A DNA stretch of 64,000 bases from assembly GCA_963535465.1 (NCBI GenBank), contig CAUSWF010000004.1:3643-67642 (forward strand), read 5' to 3'. The notes under the pieces were generated by a model. That model worked only from the letters and a program-made list of their open reading frames with translations. It did not search any database and was not told where the DNA came from. A program made the position numbers and the translations under genes. This document shows, piece after piece, positions 9,688 through 20,158 of the stretch (positions are counted from its first letter, which is position 1; the number at the start of each line of letters is the position of its first letter). The stretch is from an uncultured Erysipelotrichaceae bacterium. GTDB lineage: Bacteria; Bacillota_I; Bacilli_A; RF39; UBA660.

Positions 9688-12504
9688 ATGGATAAGATAG
9701 TAGTAAAGGGAGCAAGAGTTAATAATTTAAAGAATATTAATATTACACTTCCTAAAAATAAATTAATAGTAATGACAGGATTATCAGGATCAGGTAAATC
9801 GTCTTTAGCATTTGATACAATATATGCCGAAGGAAAAAGAAGATATATTGATTCTCTTTCAGCATACGCAAGACAATTCTTAGGCGGAACAGATAAACCA
9901 GATGTAGACAGTATAGAAGGCCTTTCTCCAGCTATATCAATAGACCAAAAAACTACATCTAATAATCCAAGATCAACTGTCGCAACTGTGACTGAAATAT
10001 ATGATTACCTAAGACTACTTTTTGCTCGTATCGGAGTACCATATTGTCCAAATCATAATATTCCGATATCTAATCAATCAGTAGAAGAGATGGTAAATAA
10101 AGTACTAAATTATGAAGAAGGAACAAAACTAATAATAATGTCTCCTGTTGTTAATGGTGAAAAAGGAACTCATAAAGATTTACTAGAAGACTTAAGAAAA
10201 CAAGGATATATAAGAGCTAGAATCAATAAAGAAATGGTAGATCTATCAGAAGATATAACACTAGATAAAAATATAAAAGACGATATCGATGTAGTAATAG
10301 ACAGAATAGTAATAAAAGAAGGTATAAGAACAAGACTATTTGAATCAATAGAAGCCGCAACTAAATTAAGTGACGGAAAAGTTATAATAAGTGTATTAGG
10401 AGATAACTCAAAAGAAATAGTTATGTCAGAAAAATTTGCATGTCCACACTGCGATTTTTCTCTACCTGAATTAGAACCAAGACTATTTAGTTTTAATGCA
10501 CCTTTTGGAGCATGCCCAGAATGTAAAGGATTAGGGGTAAAATTACAAATATCAGAAGACTTAGTGATACCAGATAAAGATATAAGTATAAATGATGGAT
10601 GTATTAAAACAATGAGTGATGATACTGACAATCTTTATTATAAAAAATTAGAATGTGCATGCAAACACTATAAAATTGATATGAACAAACCATTCCAAAA
10701 ACTAAGCCAAAAAGCTAAACAAATAGTATTGTACGGAAGCGATGAAATAATCCATTTCCATTACTCAACAAAAAGTGGGAATATAATGAACAATAGAGAC
10801 TTCTATGAAGGGGTAATAAATAATCTTCAAAGAAGATATATGGAAACATCTAGTACATGGATAAGAGAGTGGCTAGAAAATTACATGGTTGAAAGTGTAT
10901 GTGAAACATGCCAAGGAGCAAGACTAAAAAAAGAAGTACTATCAGTAAAAGTAGGAGATAAAAATATTTATGAAGTTACTTCTATGTCTATAAAAGAGTT
11001 AATTAAATTCTTTAATAATTTAAAATTAGGAGAAGAACAAGCCCAAATAGCAAATTTAATATTAAAAGAAATAGGGGATAGACTATCATTCTTACAAAAT
11101 GTTGGATTAGAATATTTAACTCTATCAAGAAGTGCAGGAACTTTGTCAGGAGGAGAAGCACAACGTATAAGACTAGCAACTCAAATTGGATCTCACTTAA
11201 CAGGAGTATTATATGTATTAGATGAACCAAGTATTGGACTTCATCAAAGAGATAATGAAAAACTAATAAATTCACTAAAAGAAATGAGAGATTTAGGAAA
11301 TACATTGATTGTTGTAGAACACGATACTGACACCATGCTAGAGGCAGATTACCTTGTAGATATAGGGCCAGGAGCTGGAGATAACGGAGGGCAAGTTGTC
11401 GCAGCTGGAACTCCACAAGAAGTAATGCAAAATAAAAATAGTATAACAGGAGATTATTTAAGTGGGAGAAAATGTATTGAAATACCTAAAACCAGAAGAA
11501 AAGGCAGCAGCAAATTTATAACTATAAAAGGTGCTAAAGAACACAATCTAAAAGATATAAATGTAAAAATACCACTAGGAACACTAACACTGGTAACAGG
11601 AGTATCAGGATCAGGTAAATCATCATTAGTAAATGAAATACTAGTAAAAGCAGCCCAACAAAAGATTTATAAATCAAAAGACTTACCTGGAAAACACGAA
11701 AAAATACTAGGATTAGATAATATTGATAAAATAGTCGCAATATCACAAAACCCAATAGGAAGAACACCAAGATCAAATCCAGCTACATATACAGGAGTAT
11801 TTGATGATATAAGAGAATTGTTCACAACAACAAAAGAAGCAAAAATGTATGGCTTTGGCAAAGATAGATTCTCATTCAATGTAAAAGGTGGAAGATGTGA
11901 AGCTTGTCGAGGAGATGGAGTTAAAAAAATAGAAATGCACTTCCTACCAGATGTATATGTACCATGTGAAGTATGTCATGGAACAAGATATAATATTGAA
12001 ACTCTATCAATAAAATATAAAGACAAAAATATATCAGACGTTTTAAATATGAGAGTATCTGAAGCATTAGAATTTTTTGAAAATATACCCAAAATAAAAA
12101 ACAAGCTACAAATATTAGAAGACGTAGGATTAGGTTATATTAAATTAGGCGAATCCGCAGTAGACTTATCAGGAGGAGAAGCAGAAAGAATAAAACTAGC
12201 AAAAGAATTACAAAAGAAAGCAACAGGAAAAACTTTATTTGTACTAGATGAACCAACTACAGGTCTGCACCAAGAAGATATAAGAAGACTCCTTGCAATT
12301 ATAAATAAAATAGTAGATAATAATGATACAGTATTGATAATAGAACATAATCTAGATGTCATAAAAACCGCTGATTACATTATAGATTTAGGACCAAATG
12401 GTGGAGATGGAGGCGGAAGTGTAGTCGCAACAGGAACACCAGAAGAAATAATTAAAGTAAAAGAATCATATACTGGAGAATTTTTAAAGAAGGTTATGAA
12501 ATAA
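9688..12504 (+). CDS. uvrA: excinuclease ABC subunit A
   Basis: Two ABC modules (GLSGSGKSSL / GVSGSGKSSL), zinc-finger CxxC pairs, LSGGEAQR signatures. Confidence 0.95.
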   Translation: MDKIVVKGARVNNLKNINITLPKNKLIVMTGLSGSGKSSLAFDTIYAEGKRRYIDSLSAYARQFLGGTDKPDVDSIEGLSPAISIDQKTTSNNPRSTVATVTEIYDYLRLLFARIGVPYCPNHNIPISNQSVEEMVNKVLNYEEGTKLIIMSPVVNGEKGTHKDLLEDLRKQGYIRARINKEMVDLSEDITLDKNIKDDIDVVIDRIVIKEGIRTRLFESIEAATKLSDGKVIISVLGDNSKEIVMSEKFACPHCDFSLPELEPRLFSFNAPFGACPECKGLGVKLQISEDLVIPDKDISINDGCIKTMSDDTDNLYYKKLECACKHYKIDMNKPFQKLSQKAKQIVLYGSDEIIHFHYSTKSGNIMNNRDFYEGVINNLQRRYMETSSTWIREWLENYMVESVCETCQGARLKKEVLSVKVGDKNIYEVTSMSIKELIKFFNNLKLGEEQAQIANLILKEIGDRLSFLQNVGLEYLTLSRSAGTLSGGEAQRIRLATQIGSHLTGVLYVLDEPSIGLHQRDNEKLINSLKEMRDLGNTLIVVEHDTDTMLEADYLVDIGPGAGDNGGQVVAAGTPQEVMQNKNSITGDYLSGRKCIEIPKTRRKGSSKFITIKGAKEHNLKDINVKIPLGTLTLVTGVSGSGKSSLVNEILVKAAQQKIYKSKDLPGKHEKILGLDNIDKIVAISQNPIGRTPRSNPATYTGVFDDIRELFTTTKEAKMYGFGKDRFSFNVKGGRCEACRGDGVKKIEMHFLPDVYVPCEVCHGTRYNIETLSIKYKDKNISDVLNMRVSEALEFFENIPKIKNKLQILEDVGLGYIKLGESAVDLSGGEAERIKLAKELQKKATGKTLFVLDEPTTGLHQEDIRRLLAIINKIVDNNDTVLIIEHNLDVIKTADYIIDLGPNGGDGGGSVVATGTPEEIIKVKESYTGEFLKKVMK

Positions 12505-12506
12505 AT

Positions 12507-12905
12507 ATGAAAAATAAATTATTCAAATTAATAGAATGGATAATATACATGATATTATCTGCGTTAGTATTTATATTAATATCAAATTGTTTTAAAACTA
12601 TATACATAAATACTGATCACATAATAATATTTGGCTTTTTAATATCAATAGTAATATATATAATAAATAAAACAATAAAGCCAGCTATAATAACAATAAC
12701 TATGCCACTAATAGGTATGACTGCAGGATTATTTTATCCATTCATAAACTTATTTATATTATATCTTGCAGATTGGATATTTAAATCTAATTTTCAAATA
12801 AAAAACTTTTGGATAGGACTATTTTTCGCCATACTATTATCTATCGCAAACCTAATAACAATAGAAATAATGAAAGCATTAAAAAAGAAGGCTAATATAA
12901 AATGA
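12507..12905 (+). CDS. small 4-TM membrane protein (DUF360/YvlD-like?)
   Basis: Hydrophobic 132 aa; start overlaps uvrA stop, end overlaps lgt start. Confidence 0.4.
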   Translation: MKNKLFKLIEWIIYMILSALVFILISNCFKTIYINTDHIIIFGFLISIVIYIINKTIKPAIITITMPLIGMTAGLFYPFINLFILYLADWIFKSNFQIKNFWIGLFFAILLSIANLITIEIMKALKKKANIK

Positions 12906-13675
12906 GTAAAGTATTTATAAGCATTGGAACAATACAAATATATTATTATTCTATCTTTATACTTTTAGGAATGCTATCAGCATCACTTATACTTTATATA
13001 AATGCTAAAAAGGAAAATATAGACATAGATAAATTATTAGATATAGTTTTTTATACAGTAATATTTTCTCTATTAGGCGCAAGACTTCATTATGTATTAT
13101 TTAATTTAGACTATTACATCAAAAATCCTTTAGAAATAATACAAACTTATAAAGGTGGGTTAGCAATACATGGTGGAATAATATTTGGAATAATTACTAT
13201 ATATGTATTAGCTAAGAAAAAGAATATAAAATTCACTAAAATATTAGATATATCAGCCCCAGCTTTATTGTTAGGACAAGCAATCGGCAGATGGGGAAAC
13301 TTCTTTAATCAAGAAGCATATGGTAATATAACATCTCTAAAACATTTGATAGATATGCATATTCCTAAGTTTATAAGAGATAATATGTATATAGATGGAC
13401 TTTATAGAGAACCAATGTTCTTATATGAATCGATAGGATGTTTACTAGGATTTATAATATTAAGTATATTAAGAAGAAAAAAAGTATTAAAAGAAAACTC
13501 ATCTGCAGCATTTTATCTTGTATGGTATGGAATACTTAGATTTATAATAGAATCAAGAAGATCAGATTCTCTAATGTTAGGAACATTAAAAGTAGCACAA
13601 TTAATATCTATAATATTTATTCTAATAGGAATAATAATATTTATAAACAATCGAAAGAAGGCAAAACATGAATAA
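12902..13675 (+). CDS. lgt: prolipoprotein diacylglyceryl transferase
   Basis: HGGIIFG ... GRWGNFFNQEAYG signature. Confidence 0.85.
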   Translation: MSKVFISIGTIQIYYYSIFILLGMLSASLILYINAKKENIDIDKLLDIVFYTVIFSLLGARLHYVLFNLDYYIKNPLEIIQTYKGGLAIHGGIIFGIITIYVLAKKKNIKFTKILDISAPALLLGQAIGRWGNFFNQEAYGNITSLKHLIDMHIPKFIRDNMYIDGLYREPMFLYESIGCLLGFIILSILRRKKVLKENSSAAFYLVWYGILRFIIESRRSDSLMLGTLKVAQLISIIFILIGIIIFINNRKKAKHE

Positions 13676-14618
13676 AAAAGTAGTAATATTTGGAGGAGGA
13701 ACAGGATTATCTTATTTATTAAGAGGATTAAAAAAGTTTCCAATAGATATAACCGCAGTAATATCGGTATCAGATGACGGAGGGTCAACTGGTAGACTTA
13801 GAAAAGAGTTTAATACTATTGCAGTAGGAGATATCAGAAAAGTAATAGTAGCTCTATCAGAAATAGATCAGCCTATAAGAGATATGATGTCATATAGATT
13901 TAACACATCATCTGACTTAGATGGACATGCTGTAGGAAATCTTATATTAACTTCTATGATGGATATAACAGGATCAATAAAAAATTCAATTGAAGCATTA
14001 AGTAAATTATTAGATGTTAAACAAAAAGTCTTACCAATATCAGAAGATTATGATTTAACATTAGTAGCTAAGATGGAAAATGGGAAAGTAGTAGAAGGGG
14101 AAGCTGAGATAACTAAATCAGAATCAAAAATAAAAAAAATATATTATAAAAAAGAACCTAAAGTTTTACCTGAAGTAATAGATGCAATAGATGAAGCAGA
14201 CCTAGTAATATTTAGTATGGGTAGCCTATATACATCAGTTTTACCAAATATAATATGCAGACCTGTAAAAAAAGCATTAAAAAGATCTACCGCTCCTATA
14301 ATGTATACTTGTAACATCGTTACTCAACCAGGAGAAACAGACTCATTTAAAGTTGGAGATCATATTAGTTTAATAAATAAATATTTAGAAAAAAGAAAAG
14401 TAGATGTAGTTGTAGCTAATTCTGAAATAATACCTAAATATTTAGCAGAAAAATATTCAACAGCAGAACAAAAAGATCCAGTATTAATAGATAGAAATAA
14501 ATTGGAGGATATGGAAGTAGAACTATTAGAAGATAACTTACTATTAGTAGAAAAAAATATTTTAAGACACAATAGTCTAAAATTAAGTTCAATTATATTT
14601 TCATATTTAATGAGATAA
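13668..14618 (+). CDS. yvcK: gluconeogenesis factor YvcK (CofD-like, UPF0052)
   Basis: VVIFGGGTGLSYLLRGLK...SVSDDGGSTGRLR. Confidence 0.85.
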   Translation: MNKKVVIFGGGTGLSYLLRGLKKFPIDITAVISVSDDGGSTGRLRKEFNTIAVGDIRKVIVALSEIDQPIRDMMSYRFNTSSDLDGHAVGNLILTSMMDITGSIKNSIEALSKLLDVKQKVLPISEDYDLTLVAKMENGKVVEGEAEITKSESKIKKIYYKKEPKVLPEVIDAIDEADLVIFSMGSLYTSVLPNIICRPVKKALKRSTAPIMYTCNIVTQPGETDSFKVGDHISLINKYLEKRKVDVVVANSEIIPKYLAEKYSTAEQKDPVLIDRNKLEDMEVELLEDNLLLVEKNILRHNSLKLSSIIFSYLMR

Positions 14619-15568
14619 TGTCATATACAACAAAAATAAAAAATGAAGCTGCAACAGTAGATATAACTACATCAGAAATAGTCGCAGAACTATCAGGTTT
14701 TATAAGAAATAATATGGTTATAAGAGAAAATAATATAACCTTATCATCAGAAAATAAAACAATAATAGATAGAATGAACAAATATATAGAAGATATTTTT
14801 AAAATAACTCCTAAAATAGAAATAAGAAATTCTACTAATTTTTCTAAAAGAGACTTATATTTTCTATTAATACCATATAATAAAGATATTCTTACAACCG
14901 TAGGATATAGTGAAAATGAAGTATATTTAGATAATCCTCCTGAATATATAGTAGGAGGAAATGAAGAAATAAGAGCCTATCTAAGAGGAGTATTTTTTCA
15001 TTCTGGAAGTATAAATGACCCTAAAACATCTAGATATCACATGGAAATATTAGTACTAGAACCAGAAGAAGCAATATTTGTACAAAAACTATTAAATATA
15101 TTTGACTTAAATGCAAAGATTTTGAATAGAGATAAAGGTTATATGATTTATATTAAAGAAGCTGATAAAATAAGTGACTTTATAAAAATCATAGGAGCAT
15201 CTGGAGCAGTACTATATTTTGAAAATGTCAGAATATATAGAGATAAAAAAAATAAAACAAATAGACTAAATAATTGTGAACAAGCTAATACAGATAAAAT
15301 AATATTAAGTGCAACAAAACAATTAGATGATATAAAGTTAATTGAAGAAACAGCATCAATTTCATTACTTGATGAAAAAGAAGTTATAGTCCTAAATTAT
15401 CGAAAAAAATACCCAGAAACATCACTAAAAGACTTGGCTCAAATAATTTCTCTAGAGACGACAAAACCAATAACAAAATCAGGACTAAATCATAGATTAC
15501 ATAAGATCACTAATCTTGCTGAAAGAATTAGAAAAAATTTAAAAGAAATAGAAAATATCCACAACTAA
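14618..15568 (+). CDS. whiA: DNA-binding protein WhiA
   Basis: Conserved yvcK-whiA synteny; LAGLADG-like repeats plus C-terminal HTH; 316 aa. Confidence 0.8.
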   Translation: MSYTTKIKNEAATVDITTSEIVAELSGFIRNNMVIRENNITLSSENKTIIDRMNKYIEDIFKITPKIEIRNSTNFSKRDLYFLLIPYNKDILTTVGYSENEVYLDNPPEYIVGGNEEIRAYLRGVFFHSGSINDPKTSRYHMEILVLEPEEAIFVQKLLNIFDLNAKILNRDKGYMIYIKEADKISDFIKIIGASGAVLYFENVRIYRDKKNKTNRLNNCEQANTDKIILSATKQLDDIKLIEETASISLLDEKEVIVLNYRKKYPETSLKDLAQIISLETTKPITKSGLNHRLHKITNLAERIRKNLKEIENIHN

Positions 15569-15580
15569 TGTGGATATTTT
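15555..15580 (+). terminator. terminator; identical copy of ATATCCACAACTAATGTGGATATTTT repeat
   Basis: Same 26-mer as at 2721. Confidence 0.6.
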
Positions 15581-15633
15581 ATTTGTATATTTATATCGAT
15601 ATAAAAGTATGCTATATTATTAATGGTGATAAT

Positions 15634-17292
15634 ATGACAGAGAAGATAAAAGTAAAAATAAACAACAAAGTAGAATTAGTAGATAAATTCACTACACTAG
15701 AAGAACTAGCTAAAAAACATGAAAAAGAATTTAAATATAAAATTTTATTAGGCAAAGTAAATAATTTACTAAAAGAATTAAATGAAAAAATAAGTGAAGA
15801 TTCAGAAATAGAATTTATAGATTTAACAAGCAATATAGGAAGAAAAACATATTTTAGTGGATTAACCTACATTCTTATTCACGCAATAAAACTACTTTAT
15901 GGTAAAAAAGCTAATATTAAGATGCTTCATGCCCTAGATAATGGTGTTTATATTGAAACTAATTTCAATTTAACAAAAGAAAAAATAAGTGATATAAAGG
16001 CAGAAATACAACATATTGTAGATCAGGATTTACCAATAGAAAAATTAAATATTGATAGATTAGAAGCAATAAAATATTTTAATATGATAGAAGATTATCC
16101 TAAAGCAAGATTGTTAAATTATACTCCAAATACATATATAAATTTATATAGATTGGGAAATGAATATAATTATTTTTATACACTTATGCCAACATCTACT
16201 GGAAAGATTAATGTATTTGATTTAATATACTTATCTAATAAAGGTTTTGTACTAAGATATCCTACTAAATACGATCCAAATATAGAGAATGAATATCATC
16301 ATCATCATAATTTATTTGAGGTATTTAAAGAATTCCATGATTGGACAAAACTTATGCATATTGAAACAACATCTGATTTAAATAAAATAGTTACAACAGG
16401 TAAAATAAATGATTTAATTATGATAGATGAAACACTACAAAAAAATAAACTTATGACTATTGCTCAAGAAATAAATAAAAATAGTGATAAGCTAAAAATA
16501 GTATTAATCGCAGGACCATCATCATCAGGTAAAACCACAACTTCAAGAAAATTATGTATGTATTTAAATAGTTTTGGTTTAACTCCAAGAGTAATATCTA
16601 TGGATGATTATTTTGTAGAAAGAGAAAAAACGCCATTACTATCAGATGGAACTAAAGACTATGAGACTTTAGACGCTGTAGATTTAGAACTATTTGATAA
16701 ACAAATTGGAGATTTACTAAGTGGTAAGAAAGTAAAAGTACCAAAGTTTAATTTTATATCAGGAAAAAAAGAATATAAAGAAGAAATGTATTTAAATGAA
16801 AGTGATATTATCATAATAGAAGGAATACATGCACTAAACGATAAAATATTAACTAATATTCCAAGAGACAGAAAATATATGATATCATTATCTACATTTA
16901 CAGAGATTAATATAGATAATCATAATAGAATATCAACAACAGACAATAGATTATTAAGAAGAATATTAAGAGATTCAAGAACTAGAAATAGACCTGTAGA
17001 AGACTCATTATCATCTTGGCATAAAGTAAGAGATGGAGAAGAAAAATATATTTTCCCATATCAAGATAACGCTGACATAATAGTAAACTCAGCATTAATA
17101 TATGAATTTGGAGTATTAAAAACTTATGTAGAACCACTACTATATTCAGTTCCAACATCATCCCCTGCATATGAAGAAGCAAAACGACTTATAAACATTT
17201 TAAGATTATTTCTACCAATGCCAGCAGATGCAGTACCAGAAGACTCAGTATTAAGAGAGTTTATAGGTAAATCATATTTTAATGCAGAATAA
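15634..17292 (+). CDS. uridine kinase-like nucleoside kinase with N-terminal TGS-like domain
   Basis: P-loop IAGPSSSGKTTTSRKL plus udk-like core (VISMDDYF); ATG 15634 chosen over the track's upstream extension. Confidence 0.65.
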   Translation: MTEKIKVKINNKVELVDKFTTLEELAKKHEKEFKYKILLGKVNNLLKELNEKISEDSEIEFIDLTSNIGRKTYFSGLTYILIHAIKLLYGKKANIKMLHALDNGVYIETNFNLTKEKISDIKAEIQHIVDQDLPIEKLNIDRLEAIKYFNMIEDYPKARLLNYTPNTYINLYRLGNEYNYFYTLMPTSTGKINVFDLIYLSNKGFVLRYPTKYDPNIENEYHHHHNLFEVFKEFHDWTKLMHIETTSDLNKIVTTGKINDLIMIDETLQKNKLMTIAQEINKNSDKLKIVLIAGPSSSGKTTTSRKLCMYLNSFGLTPRVISMDDYFVEREKTPLLSDGTKDYETLDAVDLELFDKQIGDLLSGKKVKVPKFNFISGKKEYKEEMYLNESDIIIIEGIHALNDKILTNIPRDRKYMISLSTFTEINIDNHNRISTTDNRLLRRILRDSRTRNRPVEDSLSSWHKVRDGEEKYIFPYQDNADIIVNSALIYEFGVLKTYVEPLLYSVPTSSPAYEEAKRLINILRLFLPMPADAVPEDSVLREFIGKSYFNAE

Positions 17293-17318
17293 TATCCACA
17301 ACCTATGTGGATATTTTA
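17293..17318 (+). terminator. terminator; variant copy of ATATCCACA..TGTGGATAT repeat
   Basis: ATATCCACAACCTATGTGGATATTTT. Confidence 0.6.
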
Positions 17319-17401
17319 ATTTTTACATAAATACTTGTAAAATTATCAACAAGTTGTTGTTAATAAAAATATAAATAAATATAATTTATATAGGAGGATT
17401 T

Positions 17402-18403
17402 ATGATAAAAGTAGCAATAAATGGATTTGGAAGAATAGGAAGACTAGCATATAGAATGATGATAGAAGATAAAGATTTCGAAGTAGTATGTATAAATGAC
17501 TTAGGGGAAAAAGAAGAATTAGCATATCTATTAAAATATGATACAACTCATAGAACTATAGATAATAAAAATATAAAAGTAGATGGAGATTACTTAGTAT
17601 ATGATGATAAAAAAACTCTAATAACATCATTTACTAATCCAGAAGAATTACCATGGGCTAATTTAGATGTTGATGTAGTATTAGAGTGTACTGGACATTT
17701 TACTGATAAAGAAAAAGCATCTCTTCATTTAAAAGCGGGAGCTAAAAAAGTAATAATATCAGCTCCAGCAAAAGGAGATATTAAAACAATAGTATATAAT
17801 GTAAATCATAATACCCTAACAAAAGAAGATAATATCATAAGTGCAGCATCTTGTACTACAAATGGACTAGCTCCTGTAGTTGATTTATTAGATAAAGAAT
17901 ATGGAATTATAAAAGGATATATGACAACAGTTCATGCCTATACAAATGATCAATCCACTCAAGATGCTTCACATAAAAAAGGTTACTTATCAAGAAGAGG
18001 AAGAGCTGCCGCTGAAAATATAATACCAGCATCAACAGGAGCAGCTAAAGCAATCGGCTTAGTATGTAAAAATCTAGATAAAAAATTATCAGGTATCGCA
18101 TTAAGAGTACCAGTAGTTGATGGTTCAGTAATAGACTTAACATTAGAATTAAATAAAAATGTAACAAAAGAAGAAGTAAATAATCTATTTAAAAATAACA
18201 CAAATGAAACAATTAATTATACAGAAGACCCAATAGTATCATCTGATGTAATTGGAATGAAATATGCAACTTTAGTAGATGGATTATCAACAGATATACT
18301 AGAAGTAGACGGAAAACAACTATTAAAAATAATAACTTGGTATGATAATGAAACATCATTCACAGCCCAAATGTTAAGAACAACAAAATACTTAATGAAA
18401 TAA
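17402..18403 (+). CDS. gap: glyceraldehyde-3-phosphate dehydrogenase
   Basis: NGFGRIGR Rossmann start; ASCTTN active-site Cys motif. Confidence 0.95.
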   Translation: MIKVAINGFGRIGRLAYRMMIEDKDFEVVCINDLGEKEELAYLLKYDTTHRTIDNKNIKVDGDYLVYDDKKTLITSFTNPEELPWANLDVDVVLECTGHFTDKEKASLHLKAGAKKVIISAPAKGDIKTIVYNVNHNTLTKEDNIISAASCTTNGLAPVVDLLDKEYGIIKGYMTTVHAYTNDQSTQDASHKKGYLSRRGRAAAENIIPASTGAAKAIGLVCKNLDKKLSGIALRVPVVDGSVIDLTLELNKNVTKEEVNNLFKNNTNETINYTEDPIVSSDVIGMKYATLVDGLSTDILEVDGKQLLKIITWYDNETSFTAQMLRTTKYLMK

Positions 18404-18424
18404 GGACAGAAGTCCTTTTTTATT
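18403..18424 (+). terminator. intrinsic terminator after gap
   Basis: AGGACAGAAGTCCTTTTTTATT. Confidence 0.5.
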
Positions 18425-18492
18425 GCTTCATATTTGTTGCAGCAAAAAAGAAGAGATGCTATACTAATAAAAAGAAGACTGGAGGAATATCC

Positions 18493-19644
18493 TTGAAAAC
18501 TATAAGAGAATTAAATTTAGAAAATAAAAAAGTTCTACTTAGAGTAGACTTCAATGTTCCAATCAAAAATAATCAAATATTAGACGATGCAAGGATAATA
18601 TCTGCTTTAGATACCATAAACTATTTATTAGAAAAAAATGCTAAAATAATAATATTATCACACCTAGGTAGAATAAAAGAAGAAAAAGATAAAGAAAAAA
18701 ACAGTTTGAGTATAGTTTCTAAAAGATTAGGTGAATTATTAAATAAAGAAATAATATTTATAAATAACACAAGAGGCAAAACTTTAGAAGATAAAATATC
18801 TACTATGAAAAATAAAGATATATTATTAATAGAAAATACCAGATTTGAAGATTATCCAAATAAATTAGAGAGTAATAATGATGAAAAATTAGGCAAATAT
18901 TGGGCATCTCTAGGAGATGTATTTATAAATGATGCCTTCGCAACACTACATAGAAAACATGCATCAAATGTAGGAATTGCAAGTAATATAAAAGAAAAAG
19001 GAATAGGCTTTTTAGTAGAAAAAGAATTATATCACTTAGAAGAAGTTATAGAAAATAAAAATAAACTAACTCTAATATTAGGGGGTTCTAAGGTAAAAGA
19101 TAAATTAGAACTAATAAATAATTTAATAGCTGATGTAGAACAAATTCTAATAGGTGGAGGTATGGCAAATACTTTCTTAAAAGCCAAAGGAATAGATATA
19201 GGGAAATCTATATATGAAGAAGATTTAATAGAAACATGTAAAGACATATTAAATAAATATGGTAATAAAATAATATTACCAATAGACTATGTTTTATCAG
19301 ATAACATATCAAACAAACCGATAAATGATAATATCAGAAATCTAATGATTTTAGATATTGGAGAAAAAACAATTGAATTATTTAAAAATAATTTAAAAGA
19401 TAAAGACTTAGTATTTTGGAATGGACCACTAGGAGCATATGAAAACAAATATTATGCAAATGGAACTAATAAAATACTTGAATTTTTAGTAAAAAACAAT
19501 ATAAAGACAGTATTAGGTGGCGGAGATATAGTAGCTGCATCAAAAAAATATGCAGATAAATTATATTATGTATCAACAGGTGGTGGAGCATCCCTTGAAT
19601 TCCTAGCAAAATCAAATCTACCTGGATTAGAAGAAATGAAATAG
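18493..19644 (+). CDS. pgk: phosphoglycerate kinase
   Basis: RVDFNVP N-terminal motif, typical PGK length; TTG start. Confidence 0.9.
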   Translation: MKTIRELNLENKKVLLRVDFNVPIKNNQILDDARIISALDTINYLLEKNAKIIILSHLGRIKEEKDKEKNSLSIVSKRLGELLNKEIIFINNTRGKTLEDKISTMKNKDILLIENTRFEDYPNKLESNNDEKLGKYWASLGDVFINDAFATLHRKHASNVGIASNIKEKGIGFLVEKELYHLEEVIENKNKLTLILGGSKVKDKLELINNLIADVEQILIGGGMANTFLKAKGIDIGKSIYEEDLIETCKDILNKYGNKIILPIDYVLSDNISNKPINDNIRNLMILDIGEKTIELFKNNLKDKDLVFWNGPLGAYENKYYANGTNKILEFLVKNNIKTVLGGGDIVAASKKYADKLYYVSTGGGASLEFLAKSNLPGLEEMK

Positions 19645-19651
19645 GTGAAGT

Positions 19652-20158
19652 ATGTTAAAGTTTATAGAAGCAAACCCATATAGTGAAAAAGATAATTATT
19701 TATTTAAAAAGTATATTGAATTAACAGGTTCAAATACAAATGCTATAGGCATATTTGAAAGAGAAAGATTATCATATACAGAAGAAGAATATAAAAATAA
19801 TCAATTATTATCACAGACAACAGAAAAGGTATATTACATATATGATGATATATCATCTGACATAATAGACTCATGCATAGTACATGAAGAAAAAGACTTA
19901 AAGGAAGCTTCTATTTATTTTGACTATAAAGAAACACATAAAAAAACAAACTTATTAGAAGAAGTATTAACATTATGCAAAAAAAACAATATAAAAATAA
20001 TGATTATACATATAAATAAAAAAGATAAATTATTACAAAAAAAATTAAATAATGATGACTACGAATTTTTAGGAGATGATATGGCTGATAATGATAGTTT
20101 AATCTTCCTACAAGAAAAAGTAGATTATAAAGAAATTAAAATTGGAAAGAGCTTATAA
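19652..20158 (+). CDS. hypothetical protein (168 aa)
   Basis: Operonic between pgk and the flippase-like gene; no clear motif. Confidence 0.4.
   Translation: MLKFIEANPYSEKDNYLFKKYIELTGSNTNAIGIFERERLSYTEEEYKNNQLLSQTTEKVYYIYDDISSDIIDSCIVHEEKDLKEASIYFDYKETHKKTNLLEEVLTLCKKNNIKIMIIHINKKDKLLQKKLNNDDYEFLGDDMADNDSLIFLQEKVDYKEIKIGKSL

Noticed and set aside
10170-12362. Several 75-153-aa minus-strand ORFs inside uvrA
   Set aside because: Antisense to a well-supported conserved gene; Ser/Leu/Ile-rich junk translation.
15568-15633. N-terminal extension of the kinase gene (MWIFYLYIYIDIKV...)
   Set aside because: Runs through the terminator hairpin of whiA and is low-complexity; internal ATG at 15634 chosen.
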